This document shows, in pieces, positions 27,649-37,200 of a stretch of DNA of 64,000 nt. The notes under the pieces are model-generated. The model did not search any database and was not told where the DNA came from. It saw nothing but the letters and a program-made list of their open reading frames with translations. The position numbers and the translations under genes are program-made. The stretch's first letter is position 1. The number at the start of each line of letters is the position of its first letter. The DNA is taken from positions 4,063,381-4,127,380 of the forward strand of contig OZ251998.1 in NCBI GenBank assembly GCA_965246985.1. Reading direction: 5' to 3'. The DNA comes from Candidatus Poribacteria bacterium. Lineage in GTDB: Bacteria; Poribacteria; WGA-4E; WGA-3G.

Positions 27649-28086
27649 CTCCTCTGGTTTGCTAACATAACAAATACCTCCTTTTTTTCGCTTGCCACAA
27701 TACAGCGGCAATAGGATACCATCGCCATTAAAAAATGACAATGATTCACCTTAAACACATTTTCGGATGCACTTTTGCATGTTTTTGTGAAAAAAAAGTA
27801 AAAATATTTTTTTAAGGTCAAAAAACAACCTAATTTCTAACGTGAGTTCGATAATAAAAATGCGCGGGTGGCCGTAGGCACCATACGCTGTTCACTATGG
27901 GAACCCCGGGTAGAGCGGTAAAGACCAAGAACCCGCGAGTTTATGCGATGAATGCCGATTTGCTATGTGCCATGCGTGTAAATAGATATTCCGCAAGAAT
28001 CGGGGTTACAAACCCCTCCCACAAGAGGGATTCGTGACAACTGAATGGCTCTTGTGGTAGATGTCTTTGCTGTTGCATCAGATTTC

Positions 28087-28794
28087 CTAATGAGGGACAA
28101 CAGAAACACGCGCCAGAAAAGCATTGGCTTTTTGATTGTCGGTACTCGTAGCTACCAACTTGAAGAGCTGACCTCGTCTGAAATTGTGAAAGATGTGTCC
28201 GATGCTACCCGGCGAAACATTCCATGCACCATCCAGTGCTTCATCGGTATCCCCTTTTGTAAGAAGTTCGGTGTCGTCATGAAACAACTCAAACGTCCCT
28301 GCCGACTCGCCTGCCCCCACTTGTATCTCAATATGGAGTATCCCACCAGATTCAAACGGTGTCGTATCAATTTTAACAACCGTGTCATCTGGAGTGTCGG
28401 TACTGGATGTGCCATAAATATGTAAAACGTCCATCAACGCCGTCCCCAAGCCGATCGGATTTCCATCTAATCTTGATCTCTTTCCTACACGAGTGCGTCT
28501 TCCTTCAAACGTTTCCACAGAATGCTTTAGCACTGTTAGGTATGCTCGCGACTGGTTCTTGTAAGGCAGTGCCGACTCCGGCTGATGCATAATGACCTCC
28601 CCATCCGGAGTGAACACCAGAATATCCACAGAGTCGGTGTAATGCTGTTGTATTTTTTTAGCGACAAGACTCGTCATCTCGCCTTTTGACCCGCCTATCA
28701 GTCCAGGTAATTCCCTGAGGAGCACCCACGTATTGATAAACTTCTCGTTGAGCGTCTTTATCACTTCTGAATCGGAGAGCGGACCCGCCCTCAA
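28087..28794 (-). CDS. Hypothetical protein (235 aa)
   Basis: Long ORF, co-directional with and 15 nt downstream of 28810-29643. Confidence 0.5.
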   Translation of the reverse strand: MRAGPLSDSEVIKTLNEKFINTWVLLRELPGLIGGSKGEMTSLVAKKIQQHYTDSVDILVFTPDGEVIMHQPESALPYKNQSRAYLTVLKHSVETFEGRRTRVGKRSRLDGNPIGLGTALMDVLHIYGTSSTDTPDDTVVKIDTTPFESGGILHIEIQVGAGESAGTFELFHDDTELLTKGDTDEALDGAWNVSPGSIGHIFHNFRRGQLFKLVATSTDNQKANAFLARVSVVPH

Positions 28795-28809
28795 ATATTT
28801 GCCGTTCGC

Positions 28810-29643
28810 TCAGCAAGATTCATCGTCTAAGCACCCCCAAACAAGGACCGCATGAATCGGTCGGCGTGCTGTACTCGCAAGTTCAACTGCCCTCTCAATC
28901 GGCACCCAGTCAATCTCCGCGAATTTGTAGAACTTCAATTCTAATGAGCGGCGTGCTTCTTCCACCGTGATAGAAATATTCCACGCGATTTCATCTTGGT
29001 CGGTCTCGTCCGCTGCGAGGAGTTCCATACGCGGCACAAAGACCATATCAGCACCACCACAGGCGTTGATGTCAACATTGCTATTGCGTGCTGGTAGTGC
29101 CAACGAAAACGCGCGAATCGTTTCTTTTTTCAGATTTACTAACACCTGTCCGACATATTGCGATGGGATAAACGTGGCTTCGGATTCCCGTTCCCGCCCC
29201 TCTTCAGCGTTTTCTTGTTGCCATTCCTGATAGGTATCACTCCCTAATGTAAATTCGGTATGTACTCGGAAAACGATCTCCGCATAATCTGATGAACATG
29301 CCCGTAAGCAAGCATAGGCACCCTCCTCACCGTTCCCTAAATCAGCCTTTGCCCCCGGGTGAAACTGATAAAGGAAAGGGACAATACTGTTCGGATCAAG
29401 TGCCCATACATCACCTACGGCTACAGTTGAGAGTGGAAGAAACACCTTGAAATCCTCTGCTCCGTATTCTTTGACGGGGTGGCGTGGTGACAGATCAAAC
29501 ACCTCAGCGAGTTGTGGTGAATCGTTGTGCATATTAAACGTGGCATCCGCAATCGGTTCCCAATGCGCATGCACCCGCACACTCCCCGAACGACTTAGCA
29601 CGTTATAAAGGTTGATCACAGTTTTCTCCATTGCCATGGACAT
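28810..29643 (-). CDS. Hypothetical protein (277 aa)
   Basis: Long ORF downstream of the WD40 gene on the same strand. Confidence 0.5.
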   Translation of the reverse strand: MSMAMEKTVINLYNVLSRSGSVRVHAHWEPIADATFNMHNDSPQLAEVFDLSPRHPVKEYGAEDFKVFLPLSTVAVGDVWALDPNSIVPFLYQFHPGAKADLGNGEEGAYACLRACSSDYAEIVFRVHTEFTLGSDTYQEWQQENAEEGRERESEATFIPSQYVGQVLVNLKKETIRAFSLALPARNSNVDINACGGADMVFVPRMELLAADETDQDEIAWNISITVEEARRSLELKFYKFAEIDWVPIERAVELASTARRPIHAVLVWGCLDDESC

Positions 29644-29740
29644 TTCGTTTTTCTATAGTTGTAATAACTCAAATCGGTTCAGTCTACCAATATCACAGAA
29701 ATTCTGTTAGAAAAGCGTTGCTGCTCTGTATTTCAAGACA

Positions 29741-31648
29741 CTATTGATCTGGAACTGGAATCTGGTTCATATCCCACAAAATAACGGTGCCATAGTCACT
29801 ACCACTTGCAAGCGTCTGCCCATCTGGACTGAACGCTACAGCGCGATTCCAGCCCGGATGACCAGTAAAAGTGCCAATATGTTCGCCAGTGAAAGGATTC
29901 CACAATTCAATCGTCTGCCAACTTGCACTTGCAAGTGTTCGTCCATCTGGACTGAAGGCGACACCATAGACAGCACCCCTTGCCTTTACGATATTATGTA
30001 GCAAGTTCCCAGTGCGCACATCCCACAAACAGAGGTTGCTGCCTTCACCACCACTTGCGAGCATCGTGCCATCTGGAGAAAATACGACGGCAGCAACTCT
30101 ATCCGTATGCTCCGTAAGGGTTGCTTTGACTTTGCCCGTGGGTATATCCCACAACCGAATCTCTTTTTCGTCAGTTGCCACGGCAAGTGTCCGTCCATCA
30201 GGGTTAAGCGCAATGGCTCTGACTTCGATATCAGGGTCGGATTCCGTTATATTCCCGGTAATCATTTGCCGGAGATGTCCGGTGTGCACATACCACAAAT
30301 GGATTGAATTGTCCCAACTTCCGCTCACAAGCGACGTACCATCCGGTGAATAGGCGATAGAATGTACACCTTTCGTGTGACCGGTGATGGTCTTGAAGAG
30401 TTCTCCCGTTTCCACATCCCAAAAACGGATTTTGCCATCCCCACTTCCACTCGCAAATGTGCTACCATCAGGGGAATAGGTCACTGAAAGTGCGCGATCT
30501 GTATGTCCGGTGAGGGTTTTCGTGAGTTCTCCGGTCTGGACATCCCGCAGTGAAATCGTATGATCTGTCCACGCACCACTCGCAAGTGTTCCACCATCCG
30601 GCGAAAATGCTACCGATCTCCCTGAAGGCGTTTGTCGAACGATAGTTCTCAAAAGTTCGCCAGTGTCCACATCCCAAAAACGCACTGTCCCATCGTATCC
30701 GCTACTAACAACGGTTTCTCCATCTGGTGAATACATTACAGAATGAACATCACGGGTATGACTCTTAAGAATCTTCAAAGTCTCACCGGTGCGGACATCC
30801 CACATACGGATTGTATTATCCCAACTGCCGCTCACAAGTGTAGCGCCATCTGGTGAATAGACCATAGAACCGACCCGATCTGTATGTCCAATAAAGGTAT
30901 TCAGGAGTTTTCCAGTGCCAACATCCCAAATACGAATCTTGGAATCCCGTCCTCCACTTGCAAGTGTCCGACTATCAGGAGCATATACGATACTATCAAT
31001 GCGCTCGGTGTGTCCTGTAATGGCTTTTAGGAGTTCTTCAGTATCCACATCCCAAATAAGAATTGTATTGTCCTTCCAACTAACGCACGCCAACGTCTTT
31101 CCATCATTTGAATACGCGACCAGACGGATCATATCCGTGTGCCCTACGAAGGTTTGTTTCAACTCACCGGTGTTAACATCCCATAGTCGAACTGTGGTGT
31201 CCCGACTGCCACCTGCGAGTATCTCACCAGTCGGACTGAATGCCAACGAATAGATCCTATCCTTGTGTCCTACGAGAATTTTCTTCAATTTGTTCGCATG
31301 TAGATCCCATAAATAAATCCTATGATCACTCGCAGCAGCAAGTGTCCTGCCATCGGGACTGAGGACCATGAGATTCCAGATGTCTTTCATGAACGGTTCA
31401 TCCGTGACCAGATCCAGTTCCTTCCCTGTCCGGACATCGTATATCCAGATGCCGATTGAGCTCAAAACGGCGAGTCTATTACCATCAGGAAAATACGCGA
31501 AATCACGGCTTCCACCTTGCCCAAAACGCGCAATAGCTCCTTCAGGAAGCTGCCATCGGATGTAATCTTGTGCCGGACTACTTAATAGAAAGAGAGCCAT
31601 AGTAAACAAGAGGATAAACACGAAGTAAACAAGTCGCGCTGTTCTCAT
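29741..31648 (-). CDS. WD40-repeat beta-propeller protein (about 14 WD repeats) with an N-terminal signal/anchor
   Basis: Repeated GH...WD units across 635 aa; N-terminus MRTARLVYFVFILLFTMALFLLSSPAQ. Confidence 0.85.
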   Translation of the reverse strand: MRTARLVYFVFILLFTMALFLLSSPAQDYIRWQLPEGAIARFGQGGSRDFAYFPDGNRLAVLSSIGIWIYDVRTGKELDLVTDEPFMKDIWNLMVLSPDGRTLAAASDHRIYLWDLHANKLKKILVGHKDRIYSLAFSPTGEILAGGSRDTTVRLWDVNTGELKQTFVGHTDMIRLVAYSNDGKTLACVSWKDNTILIWDVDTEELLKAITGHTERIDSIVYAPDSRTLASGGRDSKIRIWDVGTGKLLNTFIGHTDRVGSMVYSPDGATLVSGSWDNTIRMWDVRTGETLKILKSHTRDVHSVMYSPDGETVVSSGYDGTVRFWDVDTGELLRTIVRQTPSGRSVAFSPDGGTLASGAWTDHTISLRDVQTGELTKTLTGHTDRALSVTYSPDGSTFASGSGDGKIRFWDVETGELFKTITGHTKGVHSIAYSPDGTSLVSGSWDNSIHLWYVHTGHLRQMITGNITESDPDIEVRAIALNPDGRTLAVATDEKEIRLWDIPTGKVKATLTEHTDRVAAVVFSPDGTMLASGGEGSNLCLWDVRTGNLLHNIVKARGAVYGVAFSPDGRTLASASWQTIELWNPFTGEHIGTFTGHPGWNRAVAFSPDGQTLASGSDYGTVILWDMNQIPVPDQ

Positions 31649-31657
31649 ATCAATAAT

Positions 31658-31757
31658 AGGACTTACGCAGTTGGTTCATAAGTCCCCCTGATAAGGGGGA
31701 TTTAGGGGGGTAAAAATATGAAAATCTCGCGCCGCGTGCTAAATTTGCGTAAGTCCT
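31658..31757. repeat. MITE-like element of the AGGACTTACGCA-termini family (copy C, different interior), 10 nt upstream of the WD40 start codon
   Basis: TIRs at 31658-31669 and 31746-31757; interior contains a CCCCCTGATAAGGGGGATTTAGGGGGG hairpin. Confidence 0.7.
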
Positions 31758-31984
31758 GAATAATTTCCTTTGTATTATTGTGCTTTCGGCAGCAGAAAAC
31801 GAAAATGAAACATTTTAGGTTAAGGTAAATTATGCAGTCTGACTATATTTACACATTTTCGGATGCACTTTTGGAAGTTAACAGAATTACACTACGGTCA
31901 TCTTAAAAAAATCGGGGACAGAGAAGTATTATCCTCTGCCCCTTTTCATCGAATGTACATTACATTTTCATGTAAAAATGAAAA

Positions 31985-32815
31985 TCACTCCTCGGAGTCG
32001 AAAAACAATTTGAGTGGAGCACTCAACTGTGGCGCAACATCTTGCTCGTCTACCGCTTTATCGCCTGCCCATTCGCTGCGTTCAATGCCCATCGTGTAAG
32101 CCTGCCGCGTCGCGTCGGTGTAGCTGAGGTACTGGAATCCGGCATTCTCAAAGCAGGTGAGCGCGGGCCCGTTGTCGGGTGCTACCTGCAGCGTAACGTG
32201 CTTAGCACCGAGTCCCTCAAACGCGTAACGGACGGTTTCAATGAGTGTGTCGGAGCCGTATCCGCGCGCGCGATAATCGGGTCGAATGATGACGAATTTA
32301 ACAGTAACCGTGTCCGCATCGCATTGGAGAAGAATAAATCCGATAAGAAGACGTGTGGTACGGATTTTAATAGCCAGCGTATGCATATCTTTGTCTGCCG
32401 TCCAATGGTGCCAATCCTCCAGAAATGTCTCAAACGATACCCGTTCAGCATAGAGAAGATTCCTGATGCCCGGTCGGTTGATCCATCCCCAAATTTGACG
32501 AAGTTCATTCTCTGTAGTCTGCCGAAGGGAAATGCCGCCACTGTAAAGGCGTTCCAACTGCCGCAATTCGCTGCGTAGACCCTCCAATTGTGCAGAGTGC
32601 GCACCAATTTGGGACCCCGCGGCACGAACCTTACGCTGATTCGGACTATCCATGAATTTCGCCTGTTTCACTCTATTCTGAAAGTATCCAAGTCTCTGCT
32701 CACTCCTCTCAATAATGCGTAGCAAGTTGTTAATAGCATCCGACCACTTCTCAAGATCAGCGTTTGCGTCGTCTCGGGTTTCGCTCCGCTCTTCTCTTAT
32801 CTGTGTTTCGTTCAT
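31985..32815 (-). CDS. GNAT-family N-acetyltransferase with an N-terminal coiled-coil-like extension; start uncertain (32815 or 32857), overlapping the rsgA 3' end
   Basis: C-terminal ...FVIIRPDYRARGYGSDTLIETVRYAFEGLGAKHVTLQVAPDNGPALTCFENAGF... GNAT fold motifs. Confidence 0.65.
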   Translation of the reverse strand: MNETQIREERSETRDDANADLEKWSDAINNLLRIIERSEQRLGYFQNRVKQAKFMDSPNQRKVRAAGSQIGAHSAQLEGLRSELRQLERLYSGGISLRQTTENELRQIWGWINRPGIRNLLYAERVSFETFLEDWHHWTADKDMHTLAIKIRTTRLLIGFILLQCDADTVTVKFVIIRPDYRARGYGSDTLIETVRYAFEGLGAKHVTLQVAPDNGPALTCFENAGFQYLSYTDATRQAYTMGIERSEWAGDKAVDEQDVAPQLSAPLKLFFDSEE

Positions 32816-33746
32816 ATCTCCCTTCCTTGAATCCAGAGATCCGGAGGTAACTCTCATATCGGAGTGGATTGATATTACCAGTTTCAACTGCCCACTTGAC
32901 AGCACATGCGGGTTCGTGTTGGTGCGTACACGCGGCAAATTTGCAGTCTGGAATATAAGGTCGCATCTCAGGAAAATGGATATCCATTCCCTGTTCATCA
33001 TCAACTTCAAGCAAACCAAGTGTCCGAATGCCGGGTGTATCCGCTACAAACCCACCGAACGCAAGCGGTAACAGCATGACTTCCGTTGTCGTATGCCGTC
33101 CTTTGTGGACACGCGTGTCCACCTCACCTGTGCGCAATTGGAGCCCTGGTTGTAATGCATTCAGGAGAGATGACTTTCCAACCCCTGATGAACCTACAAT
33201 CGCTGAAATCTTATCCTGCATCACTTCCCGTAATCCATCAACACCGAGACCCGTAACGATACTAGTATAAACCACTTTATAACCTAATTCTTCATATAAT
33301 TTTAGTTCGCGCTGTACATTCTCCAATTTTGCCAAATCCATTTTGTTGATACAGATAACGGGTTCCACATCGGAAGCCTCTGCTGTAACGAGGAACCGAT
33401 CAAGCATCCGCAGTTTGAGCGTCGGATGCCGGGCAGCAAAAATGATGAGCAACATCTCAAGGTTAGCGACGATGACTTGCCGCCAACCGTCCATGCGGAT
33501 ACGTCCAAACTGGGTTTCGCGGGGGAGGCATTCCTCAATGTACCCATTGTTCTCTGCGGACACCGGTGTTGAGACGCGGACGCGGTCACCAACTGCGACT
33601 AAATCCACGTACGGCATCTCTTTCGTCTCAGCAAGCCGCCGTTTTTCATCTTCAATGAGGTGGTGCCGCAAGGCACAGGTATAACACTGTTTGCCAACTT
33701 GTACCTCGTAGGCACCACCACTCGCTTTTATGACAATTCCTTCCAT
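32757..33746 (-). CDS. rsgA: Ribosome small-subunit-dependent GTPase A
   Basis: Circularly permuted GTPase motifs: ...ICINKMDL... (G4) precedes GSSGVGKSSLLNAL (G1); C-terminal zinc-finger cysteines. Confidence 0.85.
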   Translation of the reverse strand: MEGIVIKASGGAYEVQVGKQCYTCALRHHLIEDEKRRLAETKEMPYVDLVAVGDRVRVSTPVSAENNGYIEECLPRETQFGRIRMDGWRQVIVANLEMLLIIFAARHPTLKLRMLDRFLVTAEASDVEPVICINKMDLAKLENVQRELKLYEELGYKVVYTSIVTGLGVDGLREVMQDKISAIVGSSGVGKSSLLNALQPGLQLRTGEVDTRVHKGRHTTTEVMLLPLAFGGFVADTPGIRTLGLLEVDDEQGMDIHFPEMRPYIPDCKFAACTHQHEPACAVKWAVETGNINPLRYESYLRISGFKEGRYERNTDKRRAERNPRRRKR

Positions 33747-33873
33747 AGTTAGACTCACCTGCGGAAGCATGGTAATTTTTAAATATGCATTGAAATCAAT
33801 TTGGCCAACAGAAGGCGCGCTGTTAAACACAGTTAAAACTCGCCATGAAACCGCGCACTTATCAAGGTATCCG

Positions 33874-34152
33874 CTAATTACCGGGATTCCGCCAGACGAT
33901 GCGTCCACGCGTTAGGTCATAAGGAGAAAGTTCAAGGGTAACCTGGTCCCCCGGAAGCACCCAGATTCTGTGCTGCATCAACTTCCCAGCAAGGTACGCC
34001 ACAACTTTGTGGTCGTTCTCCTCTAACTTCACATGAAACAAGTTACCCGGTAAGGATTCCAGTACGACCCCCAGCACACGGATACCAGTATCTTTAGTAT
34101 TAACATTTTTTACAGATTCATGGGTTTCGGGCGTTACATTTACATTTTTCAT
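33874..34152 (-). CDS. infA: Translation initiation factor IF-1 (with about 20 extra N-terminal residues)
   Basis: S1-like core ...GVVLESLPGNLFHVKLEENDHKVVAYLAGKLMQHRIWVLPGDQVTLELSPYDLTRGRIVWR. Confidence 0.8.
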   Translation of the reverse strand: MKNVNVTPETHESVKNVNTKDTGIRVLGVVLESLPGNLFHVKLEENDHKVVAYLAGKLMQHRIWVLPGDQVTLELSPYDLTRGRIVWRNPGN

Positions 34153-34238
34153 TTCTATTTCTCCTTTTTGTGATAACTATTATTCTTTTTTACACTCTTT
34201 TGGATGCACTTTGTTAACGAATTGTTCGGAAAAAAAGT

Positions 34239-34270
34239 TGACATCAAGCCTCGAAAGTTGTAAAATACAC
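34239..34270 (+). promoter_or_regulatory. Sigma-70-type promoter TTGACA-N17-TGTAAAAT upstream of the PhyH-family gene
   Basis: ttgacatcaagcctcgaaagttgtaaaat read directly. Confidence 0.5.
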
Positions 34271-34320
34271 AGGTAGGAGATTCTATTTTCACTTTATTTT
34301 TATAAAAGGAGAAGAAGATA

Positions 34321-35124
34321 ATGAGCCAAGCCCTACCTCTCGTAGCCTACCCTGACCTCGATAACCAAGTCAAGGCGATGGAGGAAGACGGTTACGCCTA
34401 TTTACCAAAGGTTATTGACGATGCCCAACTCGCTGAACTTCGCGATGCAATGGATCGGCTAACTGCGAACCCTGAAAGTTTTGACCGACACAGCCTGCCT
34501 GAGAACGGAAGCGGTTTCCTTAACAAACATATCAATAATGCCTTCAATCGCGACCCTGTGTTTCTGCATTACCTTGACAAATCGCCGGTCATTGAATTAG
34601 CAGAAGGGGTTCACGGTGCTGACTGCCACGTCATCGGTATGACGGCTTGGGTAACAGGTCCGGGCCGACCGGATCAAGGACTGCATATAGATTGGCTGCC
34701 TATTGCTCTTCCAGCAGACCTTTTGGAAGATCCGCGCGTCAAGGTCCCGATCTTCATCTCAACTGCTCACTACTATCTGGATGACCTCTATGAAGACCTC
34801 GGTCCAACAAAGTTCGTTCCGAGTAGCCATCTTTCCGGACGGAGACCCGATGGCGAAACCGAATGGAAAGGCGCACAAGAAAAGAGTATCCTCTGTAATG
34901 GTGGCGATGTCGTGATTTTCCGTAGCGAAGTTTGGCACCGAGGCACTGCGAATCGTAGCGACCAGACCCGCTATCTATTACAAGTGCATTACGCGAATCG
35001 GATGATAACCCAGAAATTTCCGCCCTACCTGAACCGGTTCCAGTTCGATGCAGCGATTTTGGAGCAGGCGACAGAACGCCAGCAACGCTTAATGGGCAAC
35101 CATCGCCCGGGTGCCTATGATTGA
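34321..35124 (+). CDS. Phytanoyl-CoA dioxygenase (PhyH) family Fe(II)/2-oxoglutarate oxygenase
   Basis: 267 aa; HxD...H arrangement (HIDW ... VWHRG) consistent with PhyH-like proteins. Confidence 0.65.
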   Translation: MSQALPLVAYPDLDNQVKAMEEDGYAYLPKVIDDAQLAELRDAMDRLTANPESFDRHSLPENGSGFLNKHINNAFNRDPVFLHYLDKSPVIELAEGVHGADCHVIGMTAWVTGPGRPDQGLHIDWLPIALPADLLEDPRVKVPIFISTAHYYLDDLYEDLGPTKFVPSSHLSGRRPDGETEWKGAQEKSILCNGGDVVIFRSEVWHRGTANRSDQTRYLLQVHYANRMITQKFPPYLNRFQFDAAILEQATERQQRLMGNHRPGAYD

Positions 35125-35173
35125 TGGTAAAACCCCTCAGAGAACGACAACTTAATGAGGATAACAGTTTCCT

Positions 35174-36094
35174 TTGAATAGAAACGAGACTACCGGGACA
35201 TCGCCAAGACCAAAAGTCATCAGCGAGGAGCCACGGGGGAAAATTATTGCCCTCGGTTTTCTCCTCGCGTTTCTCTGGGGTGGGAATTCGCCCTCAATCA
35301 AAATCGGCTTGCAAGATTTCCCACCGATGGCGTTGGCGTTCCTCCGCTTTATAATAGGTCTCGTCGTTGTTGGCGGTTGGTCGCTCTTTCGCCGTGTCTC
35401 ACTCGGTTTGCGCCGTGGCGAACTTCCGAGATTGCTGCTCCTCACGACAATCTTCATACTTCAAATCATCACGTTAAACACCGGCACACTGTTCACAACC
35501 GCATCTCGCTCAACTATCTTCATCAACGTCTACCCTTTTTTTACAGCAATATTCGCGCACCTCTGGATTCCGACGGAACGACTCTCCGTTACAAAGACAT
35601 TGGGGATTATTGTTGCCTTCAGTGGTGTTTTCATAACCGTCGCCCCGAACCTTGGCGATGGTGAAACGAGCATCCTCGGCGACCTCCTTGTTCTCATCAG
35701 CGGGTGTTTCTTGGGGCTACGCGTCGTCGTGACAAAACTGCTCGTTCAATCCATTCACCCGTACCGACTCTTGGTCTGGTATTTAAGTTTGAGTCTGCCG
35801 TGCTATGCTGTATTGAGTTTTGTGTTTGAGCGCGGCGAACCGATGCATCTGACATTTTCAAGTACTGCTGCACTCCTTTATCAAGGTGGCGTTATCGCGG
35901 GTTTCTGTTTTTTGGCATGGACATCAATACTTGAGAGATATAGTGCGAGTAAATTGGTGGTGCTTTTCTTTGCAACTCCGCTGTCCGGTGTTGTGTTTAG
36001 CTACCTCATCTTAGGCGATGAACTCACGTTCAGTTTGCTCGTCGGTGCTGTTCTCGTAGCAGGCGGGATTTATCTGGTAAATATGCGGCGTTGA
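35174..36094 (+). CDS. EamA/DMT-family transporter (10 TM segments)
   Basis: Two-fold repeated 5-TM architecture, 306 aa. Confidence 0.7.
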   Translation: MNRNETTGTSPRPKVISEEPRGKIIALGFLLAFLWGGNSPSIKIGLQDFPPMALAFLRFIIGLVVVGGWSLFRRVSLGLRRGELPRLLLLTTIFILQIITLNTGTLFTTASRSTIFINVYPFFTAIFAHLWIPTERLSVTKTLGIIVAFSGVFITVAPNLGDGETSILGDLLVLISGCFLGLRVVVTKLLVQSIHPYRLLVWYLSLSLPCYAVLSFVFERGEPMHLTFSSTAALLYQGGVIAGFCFLAWTSILERYSASKLVVLFFATPLSGVVFSYLILGDELTFSLLVGAVLVAGGIYLVNMRR

Positions 36095-36133
36095 AATGGT
36101 TACGGCAGATCTTTCGAGGCGTTAGCCTCAGCT

Positions 36134-36592
36134 TTAAGTTACCTCTTGTAACCATGTATCTGGATTCTCAACACGCACGCGAAGCTGTGTGCGGAAGCGG
36201 GTTGCTCGATTAAGCAGTTTATCATCAGTTGTCAGAAGGACATCTGCACCACCGCTTTCAGCACACGCAATATGTAAAGCGTCATAGTGCTTAAATCCCA
36301 GAGATTCAAGATACTCGCTTCTTGTTGTTTCTGTGGTATCAACTAAAAAAGTTTCATGTGCGAACCGGAGGATGTCCTCTAAATTCGCGCGTTGTTCTAA
36401 ATCGGGGATTTGAATGATTTCAAATTTCAAAACGCTGCTGGCAATCCAGATCCAATGTGCAGTATTAACACGAGCGAGGATTGTATCAACTGCTTCTGTT
36501 TCCCGACGGATACGCCCTTGTGTCTGAGGATCAAAGAAGCGGTTTAAGCAACACGTATCCAGATATATTTTCCAAGGCTGAGGGGTTTGCAT
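36134..36592 (-). CDS. PIN-domain nuclease (VapC-like type II toxin)
   Basis: 152 aa with conserved acidic residues (DTC...E...D...TTDD) typical of PIN domains. Confidence 0.7.
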   Translation of the reverse strand: MQTPQPWKIYLDTCCLNRFFDPQTQGRIRRETEAVDTILARVNTAHWIWIASSVLKFEIIQIPDLEQRANLEDILRFAHETFLVDTTETTRSEYLESLGFKHYDALHIACAESGGADVLLTTDDKLLNRATRFRTQLRVRVENPDTWLQEVT

Positions 36593-36601
36593 CCGTTGGG
36601 T

Positions 36602-37069
36602 TTATTTCTTGTCCTTTGTTTGCGGTACCAAGTATTTTTGTTGAATCTGCTGAATTCCTGTCAGGATCATGTCCCTATCAAGTTTATCAAGCCATTTATG
36701 GCGTTCTTCCGTATAATCGACCAAGTTTGGTTTGCGTATCCTGATAAATCGAGCCATCCCAACGGGCCCGAGCGCGTCCGAGAGTGCTTTAATACCGAGT
36801 TCATAAAACGCAATATCAGACCGTTTGGTCATTTTTCGGTTGCGTTCTTTTTTAGACTCCGGGTCCTCTGTTGCGTACGCCTTGTACACCTTCTCACGAA
36901 TTTCTTCCATCTCAAGATCAGAGAGTTTTTGCCCAGTCTTGCTGACCTCATCCTTGTGGGGTTGGCATATCTGAAGAAACCGCGTAGTCCCAGGAAGCCC
37001 AAAACACTCTGTCAGGGTTTTAATGCCAAGTTCATAAATCTGGACATCAGTCATATCCATTGCGTTCAT
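36602..37069 (-). CDS. Putative cognate antitoxin built from two tandem ~70-aa modules
   Basis: Internal repeat YELGIKTLTECFGLPGTTRFLQI / YELGIKALSDALGPVGMARFIRI; lies 9 nt upstream of the PIN gene on the same strand. Confidence 0.5.
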   Translation of the reverse strand: MNAMDMTDVQIYELGIKTLTECFGLPGTTRFLQICQPHKDEVSKTGQKLSDLEMEEIREKVYKAYATEDPESKKERNRKMTKRSDIAFYELGIKALSDALGPVGMARFIRIRKPNLVDYTEERHKWLDKLDRDMILTGIQQIQQKYLVPQTKDKK

Positions 37070-37200
37070 TTTTTATCACCTCCTGTAACTACATGAATGG
37101 ATTTCCAACGTTACATGAAGCGGGTAGCGAAGCATGCTACCTATCTAAGCATACATAAGGCAAGCCACAAGGACATTGCCTTATGAATCAGAGTCAAGAG

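Noticed and set aside
27840-28040. Possible small ncRNA in the 27.2-28.1 kb intergenic region (GGGGTTACAAACCCC hairpin)
   Set aside because: There is only a single short hairpin with no T-tract and no recognisable conserved structure. It cannot be supported from sequence alone.
28794-28810. Treating 28087-28794 and 28810-29643 as one frameshifted gene
   Set aside because: The downstream ORF has its own ATG right after the upstream stop, and the two are in different frames. Without homologues there is no basis to merge them, so they are kept as two genes and flagged under the findings.
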